From the NCBI GenBank assembly GCA_002269645.1, contig NIVC01000362.1:496001-560000 (forward strand): a stretch of 64,000 nt of DNA. The letters are read 5' to 3'. Made by a program: the position numbers and the translations under genes. Below the pieces are notes generated by a model. That model did not search any database and had not been told where the DNA came from. It saw nothing but the letters and a program-made list of their open reading frames with translations. The stretch's first letter is position 1. Every line of letters begins with the position of its first letter. Source of the DNA: Macrostomum lignano (taxonomy: Eukaryota). Below, piece by piece: positions 40,013-49,127 of this stretch.

Positions 40013-40076
40013 AGTAGTATTATTAAATTACACGCACCCCACATTTTTACATGTAAAAATGAATATAGTCCCCACC
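40013..40076 (+). repeat. Left terminal inverted repeat
   Basis: agtagtattattaaattacacgcaccccacatttttacatgtaaaaatgaatatagtccccacc matches the reverse complement of 61057-61120 at 60 of 64 positions. Confidence 0.92.
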
Positions 40077-40330
40077 TACACTCGAACTGTAATACGCCTC
40101 CGTCAGTTCGAGCTAACGAACGAAACGCAACTCGCCCAAGCCGGCGTTCGATAAGGTACAAATCTTAGCTTTCTTATCTTAATACGACACACTAACCAAC
40201 ACTAGCGTTCTCCCAAAAGAAATATTGAATTCAAAGTCCAATTCTTCCTTAGCCTTGGCCATTTATTTCTGCAAAGTATATTTGACTGAATTCGCCGCAA
40301 GTCCATACGCATTAAAAACGAGTAAGCAAA

Positions 40331-40875
40331 TTACCGCAATCTAATACGCAGATAGTTCATCGCGAAAGAACGCAAACGATTATAACAGCGCTTAAACAGA
40401 TTCTCGGCGCCACCACCACTAATCATGCTCGCTAGAAAATCCTTCAAACCACCACCACGATGCAGTTTAAAGTATAAATAAAACGAAATCCATATACCAC
40501 AGTGCAGACTTGTTGGTTCTTGAATAGCAAAACGCGAATATTCCCAATTTCCCCCTCCACAATTCCGTATAAACCACCGACGTATTAACTCACATGGATT
40601 TAACCCAAGGAATCGAAATACTCTCCCTTCCTAGAGCCCCTCCTACCCAACCTAAAACCCCCCACCCATAACAAAACCCAATGAGAACCCGGCAAATTTG
40701 AAGTATCGGTATTCACGATCAGAAAATAATGCCTTCTGTCTCTCGGGATTCGCGGGATACTACTCAACAAATCGACAGGAAAAATACCCAAAAAACAAAC
40801 GTCTTTAAAACCGTTACATAGAATAATCACAACACGTTGCAAGAACAAGTTCGTTACACCTTCGCCTCGCCTCAT
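40331..40875 (-). CDS. Adenain-like cysteine protease (about 181 aa; one frameshift near 40602)
   Basis: GIFPVD...IVNTDTSNLPGSHWV (catalytic His)...EYFDSLG. Adding one T continues LNPCELIRRWF...IQEPTSLHCGIW (Gln/Cys)...RIRLR*. The ATG overlaps the MCP stop (ATGA). Confidence 0.92.
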
Positions 40876-42194
40876 TTCCAAGCGGTTCCTGGCACAACGT
40901 CCCGCAGTTCGGTAATCTGTAGTTGCTTGTCGAAAACACCACCGAAAATAACGTTATAGACCTCCGCTGTAGCCGTTCCAAAACGCATCTCCAGTCGGAC
41001 ATTCCCTTCCTTATACAATTGTACCGTCGGCGCAACTCCCCCGTCAGATCCTAACGAATACGCGAGTATCGTATACCCTCCGTTGTAGTCCGCCATCGAG
41101 AACCCCAAATCCCGTCCTTGTAAATACAAACCCAGTTGTTGACGCAGAGTTGTATACTCCTTTGCACAATCCCCTGTGAAGTCGAATTGACTAGGCCGTG
41201 TCGGTACCGCCTCACCATTTACGTAAACTCCAACGCTGATCAAATTCGCATGCACGAAATTGAACGGATTTGTCGCCAGACTTCCATTAAATGCAGTATT
41301 TCCAACGACTACCACCAGCAAAAGACGTGGCACTCCGCTCGGAAACAGATTTTCGTGCGTATGGCTTAACGACCCTTGCGGTATTGTGAACGTACCCAAT
41401 GATAAACTGCGATGAGGGTACAAGGCATTATGGGTCTTCAAACCATGTGCATGGGCTCCAATCACACTGGCAGATGGCTGAACATACCGCAAACGAAGCT
41501 CCGCACTCTGAATCTCAACCTCGTAATCCTTTAACACTGCCTCACCAATCTGTGCGGCACTTAACACGAATTTGCTCTTTGCCGGTAGTAACTTTATCCG
41601 CAAAGGCGTCTTTGACAACAAATACCGTGGCTGACGAAATAGATCCAAAAACAAAGGCCCTGAAACCGTACAAGTTCTCCCACCCGCAATTAGTGCCTGT
41701 CGCTTCACTCGCCCAACGTTCGCGACGCCGGTGGCATTCATTTTTCCAGCAGTGTCCTTGTAAAATCCCCAGGCAGCCAATCCGCCGTCTTGTCCCAACC
41801 GACCATACTCCAAAAGCGTCAGAAGCATGGCCTTGTACGGATACATGAAGCTCCCGCCTTCAACGACCGTATCTCCTATCCGCAATTGCACGTCTTCGAA
41901 CAGCGTACTCACCACCATGTTATTCAGACAGACATAGTTTTTCGCAGCATCCACAGCCCCTCCACTCTCGTCTACTACTCGGATTCCAACAGTTAGAACT
42001 GTTTCTTGTAAGTCGACATACAAATCTCCAGCCGGTACAATCTCGAACTCAATTGGCCCTCCTTGCGTAATCCCATGTTGAGGCTGTATATCCGTGTAGC
42101 GACTGTCCACAACACTGAATTGTACTGGTGGGCTGTCAAATAACGTCAACTCACTTTTCAATCCAGCGACGTCAGGCCCCAACAACTGATCCAT
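40872..42194 (-). CDS. Major capsid protein (double jelly-roll type), 440 aa, intact
   Basis: N-terminal KSELTLFDSPPVQFSV...GGPIEFEI...YVDLQET and later GSLATNPFNF...VYVNGEAVP resemble Maverick MCPs. Size and position also fit. Confidence 0.92.
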   Translation of the reverse strand: MDQLLGPDVAGLKSELTLFDSPPVQFSVVDSRYTDIQPQHGITQGGPIEFEIVPAGDLYVDLQETVLTVGIRVVDESGGAVDAAKNYVCLNNMVVSTLFEDVQLRIGDTVVEGGSFMYPYKAMLLTLLEYGRLGQDGGLAAWGFYKDTAGKMNATGVANVGRVKRQALIAGGRTCTVSGPLFLDLFRQPRYLLSKTPLRIKLLPAKSKFVLSAAQIGEAVLKDYEVEIQSAELRLRYVQPSASVIGAHAHGLKTHNALYPHRSLSLGTFTIPQGSLSHTHENLFPSGVPRLLLVVVVGNTAFNGSLATNPFNFVHANLISVGVYVNGEAVPTRPSQFDFTGDCAKEYTTLRQQLGLYLQGRDLGFSMADYNGGYTILAYSLGSDGGVAPTVQLYKEGNVRLEMRFGTATAEVYNVIFGGVFDKQLQITELRDVVPGTAWK

Positions 42195-42587
42195 CTACTT
42201 GCCAAACAAACTGAATAACTTTTTAGTCGTGGCGCTCGGCTTTTTCTTTTTACGTATGCGTCTAACTCGCCGACCACGTCCAACCTGTTTTTTTACCGCA
42301 GGTGTCTTTCTGCTTATACCCTTTTTCCTGACTCGTCGTCGCTTAACCACAACTGGTCCATCAGTAGTCGTCAATCTACGTTTCTTACCCATTCCAATCG
42401 TCTTCTTCAGGAAGCTTAAACCGCCCTCTACTAAATCCTTCCGAGCTCTACGTAGCACGGGATATATCACTCTCTCTGTTAAATTCGTCAAATATCCGTA
42501 TCCCTCGTACACAGGTATCGAACTCGACCCACCACCCGTCCGCGGCTGTGTACTAGGTCCCGAATAGAATGCAAAAACCGGATCCAT
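42195..42587 (-). CDS. Small basic core/DNA-condensing protein, 130 aa
   Basis: MDPVFAFYSG...GGG...PVYEGYG N-terminus and an Arg/Lys-rich C-half. Its stop abuts the MCP ATG. Confidence 0.75.
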   Translation of the reverse strand: MDPVFAFYSGPSTQPRTGGGSSSIPVYEGYGYLTNLTERVIYPVLRRARKDLVEGGLSFLKKTIGMGKKRRLTTTDGPVVVKRRRVRKKGISRKTPAVKKQVGRGRRVRRIRKKKKPSATTKKLFSLFGK

Positions 42588-42616
42588 GAATGCCGAGCGA
42601 AACTATACGTCAAAAT

Positions 42617-43759
42617 CTACTTAAAGTGCTTTGCTAATACCCGTGCTGTCTCTTTATCTAGATCTGATTCAGCCAACCACTGACCTCTCGAGTCGGGCAT
42701 TCCCTCCCACTTGACAAAATATCGCCTGCCCTTCTTCCCCATACGCTCAACACGCTCGACCCGATCAATTTTAACAACCTCCGCCTCAGGTTCAGCCACT
42801 AGAAGCAGTTCACCTTGGTTGAATCGACCCTCCAACACTGTCGAATCGTCCTCGGGGTCTAACAGACCATAAGACGGTGGCTTCGTAGAATACACCCGAT
42901 GAATTCGATACACCCTATTACTCCATGTCGTTGTGTAACCCTTCTCAAATTTTCCCTTTTGACGTGCAAGTCGTACCCAATCACCAACCTTAAAACGCGG
43001 AATAGGCCTCACATCGTCGCCATACAACTCCTCCCACACCATGCCCTGCAGATGGCCATCCGCACTCACATCAATGGGGCTACGACCATTTAAACTGCGG
43101 TGTGGAGAGTTATTCAACGCAAGCTCTAATTTTGGTAGAACATCAAACCACCGGGCCAGATTTCGAGTCCGAAATAGTCGTAGTAATCGCTCCTTCACGG
43201 TGCGTATCAATCGCTCAGCCATGCTCGCTTTGTAGGTACTCTGACTTACGAAAAATCGTACGCCCTCACGCTTTAACATCGACTGAGTTTCTCGCCCAAG
43301 AAACTCTCGACCAGCATCGCCTTGTAAGTACAGCGGTTTAAACCCCGTGCGGAATATCTCATACAATACACGGCTCACCTCACTTGGCTTCTTCGTCTTC
43401 AAAGCTCTCAAGCGAGCCAACCTAGTGAAACAGTCGACTAATACGAGGATGTACCTGTAACCACGGTTTTCGTCCTGATATTGCGGTAAGTCTGCCAAAT
43501 CAATCTGCATTTGAAATTTTGCAACGGGCGGTAGTTGTATTTTCGGAGTTTTGAACTTCCGATTCGACTTCTGGAACAGATGTATCTCCTTCGTCCTACG
43601 CACCCACTTGTCAACAACAGCCTTGGCTTTTTTTTGCGTTAACTCCGGATACCTCCGCCTCAAAACTCGTATAAATTGCTTCTTATTACCACTAAACGCA
43701 GTAGGGCGTTCCAAGTCGAAAAATGCCACGTCCAGAAACTTAAAAAAAATCGCTTCCAT
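42617..43759 (-). CDS. int: Retroviral-type (rve) DDE integrase with C-terminal chromodomain, 380 aa, intact
   Basis: QIDLAD, LQGDAGREF and ASMAERLIRTVK (D,D,E). The C-terminal YFVKWEGMPDSRGQWL is chromo-like. Confidence 0.95.
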   Translation of the reverse strand: MEAIFFKFLDVAFFDLERPTAFSGNKKQFIRVLRRRYPELTQKKAKAVVDKWVRRTKEIHLFQKSNRKFKTPKIQLPPVAKFQMQIDLADLPQYQDENRGYRYILVLVDCFTRLARLRALKTKKPSEVSRVLYEIFRTGFKPLYLQGDAGREFLGRETQSMLKREGVRFFVSQSTYKASMAERLIRTVKERLLRLFRTRNLARWFDVLPKLELALNNSPHRSLNGRSPIDVSADGHLQGMVWEELYGDDVRPIPRFKVGDWVRLARQKGKFEKGYTTTWSNRVYRIHRVYSTKPPSYGLLDPEDDSTVLEGRFNQGELLLVAEPEAEVVKIDRVERVERMGKKGRRYFVKWEGMPDSRGQWLAESDLDKETARVLAKHFK

Positions 43760-43786
43760 CCTCCGTATTAGCGGCTCTCCAAATTT

Positions 43787-43960
43787 TTATGATGCAGAAC
43801 CCACATTAGTATTGCAACAGTTAAAACTTGCCTTTACCGTTACGTCTCCGTCAGGCTCCTCTGCGCGCAGTACGCGTTCCAATAAATTCGCAATGCAACC
43901 ACCCTCCCCCAAAAAACAAATTCTAAAACGCTTGTACAACCACTGAAACACATTCGCCAT
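43787..43960 (-). CDS. Small hypothetical protein, 57 aa (below the ORF-track cutoff)
   Basis: ATG-to-TAA ORF MANVFQWLYKRFRICFLGEGGCIANLLERVLRAEEPDGDVTVKASFNCCNTNVGSAS fills the gap between ORF223 and the integrase in the same orientation. Confidence 0.55.
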   Translation of the reverse strand: MANVFQWLYKRFRICFLGEGGCIANLLERVLRAEEPDGDVTVKASFNCCNTNVGSAS

Positions 43961-44003
43961 CCCCAGACTCGATATATTTCACGTAAAATACAATGCTTAT
44001 ACA

Positions 44004-44675
44004 TTACGCTAGAGTCTCATAATCTTCCAAGGCTTGCAAGTCCCCACCGCGCGACTCTGACTCGGGAGTAGGTTCCATGGGTGTTCCTTCCTCCAGAACG
44101 TTTCGCATATGCCGCCCTAGCATCGACGGTGGAATTGATTCCCTGCGAAGCAGTGAGACGAAACGTTCCAGCTCTGCCGCCGGAGGCGATCTCCCTCGTT
44201 TCAATGGTTGGTCGCGAGTGACATACTCTACTAGCTCGTCAAAATCTCCTCCTCCAATCTCATTCGCAGCACCTGTCAGCCTTGCCTTCAGACGGTCGAA
44301 ACGTGGTTGTACATTACGGGGGAGTCGCCTCCCCTTCTCGGTCTCACCCTCCGTCGGGCCATCATGACCAACGGATGAGCGAACCTCTGGCGGGGTCTCA
44401 CCATTCTTATTGTACAGAGACCGCGTTTGTAGCAACCGACTCTCCAAATCAGTTCTTTCCAACTGTGCGGTTGTAGGCTGCAGACTAGTCGATTCACCAA
44501 TCTCCCGGTCAAGCCTATTCATCTCACCTTGCATTTCAACAATATTCTTACCCAAAGCGTCCACAGGTCCGTCCAATACTCCCGTCCTTCGCTCATCTTT
44601 CGACGTACATTCCAAATAAGCCTGCAACGGCAGCAAAACCATTCGCTGAAGAGTTCCTCCTCTATTGACTGGCAT
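44004..44675 (-). CDS. Maverick hypothetical protein, 223 aa
   Basis: Intact ATG ORF co-oriented in the core block. The N-terminal RMVLLP motif resembles a recurrent Maverick ORF. Confidence 0.7.
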   Translation of the reverse strand: MPVNRGGTLQRMVLLPLQAYLECTSKDERRTGVLDGPVDALGKNIVEMQGEMNRLDREIGESTSLQPTTAQLERTDLESRLLQTRSLYNKNGETPPEVRSSVGHDGPTEGETEKGRRLPRNVQPRFDRLKARLTGAANEIGGGDFDELVEYVTRDQPLKRGRSPPAAELERFVSLLRRESIPPSMLGRHMRNVLEEGTPMEPTPESESRGGDLQALEDYETLA

Positions 44676-44676
44676 A

Positions 44677-46073
44677 TTACCTACGCCGTCCGGCCCGAAT
44701 TGCTCGAACTAGATTTGCCGTCCCCGCAGCCGTACCGGCCAATCCCGATGTAATCCCTAGAGCCGTGCCAATGGCTGGCAAAGCAGAAATTATCGGAGCA
44801 AGAAACGGCAGGAAACCACCACGCTGTACCAAAATTTCCTTCCTGGCTCTAGTTGATTTTTTCTCCTTCAACAATTCTTGTATCGGTTTCGATAGCGTTC
44901 TAAACGTTTCTTGTCACACGACTTTAACGGCACGCGTCCTTTTACGATATTCAAAAGAAACTCAACCAGGCAACGCACCTCGCCCGGACTTAAACTTCGC
45001 AGAAATCGCTTGCGCTGGTCCAATCCCGAAGCCTCGCGACAACTTGCAATAGGAAGGCACACTGGGACAATGATCGCGCGCTTTGTACGCTCTTTTCTGT
45101 CAGCCCGGTCATTGTCTATCATGCCTTCTACTGATTCCGACNNNNNNNNNNNNNNNNNNNNNNNNNNNNNNNNNNNNNNNNNNNNNNNNNNNNNNNNNNN
45201 NNNNNNNNNNNNNNNNNNNNNNNNNNNNNNNNNNNNNNNNNNNNNNNNNNNNNNNNNNNNNNNNNNNNNNNNNNNNNNNNNNNNNNNNNNNNNNNNNNNN
45301 NNNNNNNNNNNNNNNNNNNNNNNNNNNNNNNNNNNNNNNNNNNNNNNNNNNNNNNNNNNNNNNNNNNNNNNNNNNNNNNNNNNNNNNNNNNNNNNNNNNN
45401 NNNNNNNNNNNNNNNNNNNNNNNNNNNNNNNNNNNNNNNNNNNNNNNNNNNNNNNNNNNNNNNNNNNNNNNNNNNNNNNNNNNNNNNNNNNNNNNNNNNN
45501 NNNNNNNNNNNNNNNNNNNNNNNNNNNNNNNNNNNNNNNNNNNNNNNNNNNNNNNNNNNNNNNNNNNNNNNNNNNNNNNNNNNNNNNNNNNNNNNNNNNN
45601 NNNNNNNNNNNNNNNNNNNNNNNNNNNNNNNNNNNNNNNNNNNNNNNNNNNNNNNNNNNNNNNNNNNNNNNNNNNNNNNNNNNNNNNNNNNNNNNNNNNN
45701 NNNNNNNNNNNNNNNNNNNNNNNNNNNNNNNNNNNNNNNNNNNNNNNNNNNNNNNNNNNNNNNNNNNNNNNNNNNNNNNNNNNNNNNNNNNNNNNNNNNN
45801 NNNNNNNNNNNNNNNNNNNNNNNNNNNNNNNNNNNNNNNNNNNNNNNNNNNNNNNNNNNNNNNNNNNNNNNNNNNNNNNNNNNNNNNNNNNNNNNNNNNN
45901 NNNNNNNNNNNNNNNNNNNNNNNNNNNNNNNNNNNNNNNNNNNNNNNNNNNNNNNNNNNNNNNNNTCGCTTGCGCTGGTCCAATCCCCGAAGCCTCGCGA
46001 CAACTTGCAATAGGAAGGCACACTGGGACAATGATCGCGCGCTTTGTACGCTCTTTTCTGTCAGCCCGGTCAT
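44677..46073 (-). CDS. pX/mu-like (GGFLP) Maverick protein, about 145 aa, reconstructed across the gap (46073-45966 joined to 45005-44677, one extra base near 44882)
   Basis: Joined reading: MTGLTEKSVQ...LRGLDQRKR|FLRSLSPGEVRCLVEFLLNIVKGRVPL...RNRIQELLKEKKSTRARKEILVQRGGFLPFLAPIISALPAIG. The GGFLPxLxPII motif resembles the adenovirus pX precursor. Confidence 0.8.
45142..45965. other. Assembly gap (824 N) flanked by a duplicated 136/137-bp overlap
   Basis: 45006-45141 equals 45966-46102 except for one extra C in caatcccc. Confidence 0.97.
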
Positions 46074-46131
46074 TGTCTATCATGCCTTCTACTGATTCCG
46101 ACTGTACTTGCTTATAATCAATCGTCTCGTA

Positions 46132-47073
46132 CCTGAAGTGCAGCACAGCAATCACATGGCTTCCATCAGGGAAAATTCAAATCTTGCCCCGTTGGTCGGC
46201 CAGACGAATGGAGATCTCATTAATGTAGCTCCGATTTGTCCGCAAGTAATATGGCGTCTGCAAAGCATTTCCGTCTCGTCGAAATATTCCGTTCTTTTCC
46301 TGGCGAAACTCAACCACGCGAAGTAGCGGAACCTGACGACTTCCAACCATTTGATATTCAACAATGTCGCTATAGCAGTACATGTAAACACTCCGCAGTA
46401 TCGCTTCGGGTATTCTATCCAAATAGACCTTCGTCAGACCCCACGCACGATTTTTCCTCCAATACTCAACCACCTCCTTTAACGTATCCCCGGCAGGCCG
46501 TATTACCTGCGTACTCTTCATCCAGACGGCGAAACCAGGTTCCAAGACAGCACGAAAATCGTACCAATTCGAATCTAATATACCTGCCTCGTCCATTGCA
46601 TTCGTTATGTTCGTCCAGGATTCACCCGCCGCATCCGCGGGTTGGGTGCGTCCGTCGTGAGCTGTCAAACCCCACGTACTGAAACCAAAGCATGTCAAAA
46701 AACTCCTTGGCAGTTCAATGCCCATACGTCGGCTGCCGGAATTTCGCAAATACCAAACATATGCTTTAGTAGCCGGCGTCCACGACAAGTGTACCTCCAA
46801 ATCATCGGCCTGCCAGACCTTACCCAAGAAGACTTCATCTGTTTTCTCGATAATTTTCTCGATGTTGCAATAATATATCACCTTCACCTCTTCTCGAAGT
46901 TCCGCCGAGGAAGTTTCCGCCGGCGGGCTGTTACATAGCAAATCCACCAAAGCCACTTCATACTTCCCAGCCGGCGCTAGATTCAATGGTGTAGTTAGCC
47001 GCACCCGAAACTCGTGCGCAGAATTGGTCGGATAACTACGATCGTTTGACGGAATAAACACAAAGAAACTCAT
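46132..47073 (-). CDS. Minor capsid protein (penton, single jelly-roll type)
   Basis: MSFFVFIPSN...YEVALVDL N-terminus and YSDIVEYQMVGSRQVPLLR C-terminal motif. An in-frame TGA at 46177 precedes VIAVLHFR and is removed by swapping two T-run lengths (giving GKILNFPDG). The true stop is uncertain. Confidence 0.88.
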
Positions 47074-47103
47074 AATCTCACCCCATAAGCTGTAGCCGCT
47101 TCC

Positions 47104-47817
47104 TCAAAACTTGCTTATAATATCCTCCTCCTTGATAGTCTCCGGACGCATATAAACAACCTGGTGAGTGTCACTCGGAAAGACATTCGTCCGTATGCGT
47201 ATCATATCCGGCGTGTCCTGTCGTAAGTCTATGAAGAGATAGCTGAAGGCCTTGTCACCCGTCGCGTCGTCATAAGCCTGCACCAGAAATCTACTAGCTC
47301 GGGGGTACATCTGCCGACCCAAATGTTCAACGGCGCTACGATCCCTAACATTTCGGCTTAAACAGATATAACTCGTCGATAAACTTCTTTTTCTTGCCTC
47401 AGGATCCGCAGGGTCAAACAAATTTTGGCACAAATAAAGACAAGTCAATGGCGTATGATGAGCCAATTTGGTGAATACAGCGGTAAAAGCGCGTTGCTTT
47501 GCAACTTCACCCTGCAAATCATCAACAACGACTAAATCGTGCGGCTTGAATCTAGCCAACAACTGATCGGGGAATCCCTGTACGAAGTGACATTCGCCAC
47601 TTCCACCCAATGTCCAACATTCTCGAACTCGTTTTTCCTCAGACGAATGTAACTCTGTACCGTGACACCAAATTAGACGCCTTGGTACTACTCGAAACAG
47701 ACCCAAGCGCTCCCTTACCAGTCGAAGCACCCATTCAGTCTTTCCCGAATTCGAAGGACCTGCGACGATAAACGTCGAGTCATGAGCAAATCGCAAGTCG
47801 AATGTACGCCTGTCCAT
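47104..47817 (-). CDS. A32/FtsK-like genome packaging ATPase
   Basis: GPSNSGKT (Walker A), LVVVDDL (Walker B), TKLAHHTPLTCLYLCQNLF. First ATG at 47817. Confidence 0.94.
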   Translation of the reverse strand: MDRRTFDLRFAHDSTFIVAGPSNSGKTEWVLRLVRERLGLFRVVPRRLIWCHGTELHSSEEKRVRECWTLGGSGECHFVQGFPDQLLARFKPHDLVVVDDLQGEVAKQRAFTAVFTKLAHHTPLTCLYLCQNLFDPADPEARKRSLSTSYICLSRNVRDRSAVEHLGRQMYPRASRFLVQAYDDATGDKAFSYLFIDLRQDTPDMIRIRTNVFPSDTHQVVYMRPETIKEEDIISKF

Positions 47818-47818
47818 T

Positions 47819-48239
47819 CTAGGCACCCAAACGCTGTTTTACGTTCATAACACGGGATACCAGTTTTGCGGCCAAACGTTCCCCCACTTAGTTGTAGGAT
47901 CCGCAGCAATCTCTCGAGCTCCTGCTTCGAGTTGTTGATCGGCCTTTGAACGCTCTGCCACGTCCGAGTGCTTCTCGTATGCCAGGTCGTGTAAGAGACA
48001 CAATTTATCGAGCCGATTCTTCCCAGTATCGCCCCGCGCTAAACGTTCTCTCAATCTGGTCCCGGGGCCGCAGAATTGGTAACCCCCGGCAAATGAAGCT
48101 CCCCTGGGAGATGATTTATTACCCAATTAACAATACCAAACCCCGTCTGACCTCGACGACGAGATTTCTTAGCTCGAGTCGACTTTGCTGCTGTCGAACG
48201 CACTCGCTTCTTCTTCTTCTGTCGGCCTTGTGTTCCCAT
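47819..48239 (-). CDS. Parvovirus-VP1-like phospholipase A2 domain protein, about 140 aa (frameshifts at 48083-48087 and 47881-47885)
   Basis: Reconstructed: basic N-terminus, then ELHLPGGYQFCGPGT...NRLDKLCLLHDLAY...ADQQL...WGERLAAKLVSRVMNVKQRLGA*. Has the Ca-loop Y/FxGPG and the catalytic HD. Confidence 0.88.
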
Positions 48240-48385
48240 CCCACTTAATTGTACCAAAAGAACCAATTGCATTTGCTTATACACACAGTGGTTAAATCCA
48301 CGAGCAGTATATTGTATTAATAATCAAAGTGACAAGCCGCCACCAATTCCCACCACCGACCGACGGGCTCCGGGCGTGACCAGCA

Positions 48386-48867
48386 TCACATGTTAGTGCT
48401 GCCCATGCCACCCGTCTCGCGAACCGCCACCGGCTCCGGTTGTCGGTGCCACACCCCCGGCAGCTGGCCCTCGCGAGCTCGACCGACTTCTACCGGGGGC
48501 GTGACGCAGCGCTCCAGAATCAATTGGGCCACGCTGGTGGCACACGACAGATGAACTTTCTCATCTGACGTGTTGTGCAGGATCACGCGGAGTTCCCCGG
48601 TATAGTCCGGGTCAACCACGCCACCCTGCACATTTAGGCCTCGGTTGGCCCAACTGGACCGGCTCGCTATCCGACCATAGGTGCCCGGCGCAGCATCACC
48701 CGGAGGCCGGTGCGAATGATGGCCGTGTCAAAGGCCTCCACAGTGCGGTCTTCGCACGTGGCTAGGTCGTAGCCCACCGACCCGGCCGTAGCTCGCCGAG
48801 GCATCACTGCCCCGGCATCCGTGAGCACTACGCGCAGCGGGACCGTCGAGCAAGAGTCGGAGCTCAT
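48386..48867 (-). CDS. dut: dUTPase, about 160 aa (one frameshift near 48690; a possible upstream start at 49002)
   Basis: AGSVGYDL (motif 1), GTYGRIASRSS (motif 2), GVVDPDYTGE (motif 3), AQLI (motif 4), RETGGMGST (motif 5). Confidence 0.93.
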
Positions 48868-49127
48868 AGTGGCTGCGGGATCATAGTTCATCTTATGCTT
48901 AGGAGGTTCTTCGTCCTCTAAAATAAGTCTAGTACTACCCGCGTAATCCTCGTCCCAATCAAAAAAACTAAGCCTAGTACTAATCCCCTGCACTGCCATC
49001 ATAGGCCTAGAAAAACGAAGAGAAAGAAGGAAAGGCGGATTCTTGCATATACATTCGATAATTGCGCGCATATATTGTGTGCAGAAAAAGCATAAACAGA
49101 CAGAAAACAGAGAGCGGAGAGAACAAG

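Noticed and set aside
44868-46155. 300-400 aa ORFs spanning the gap
   Set aside because: Artefacts of translating Ns.
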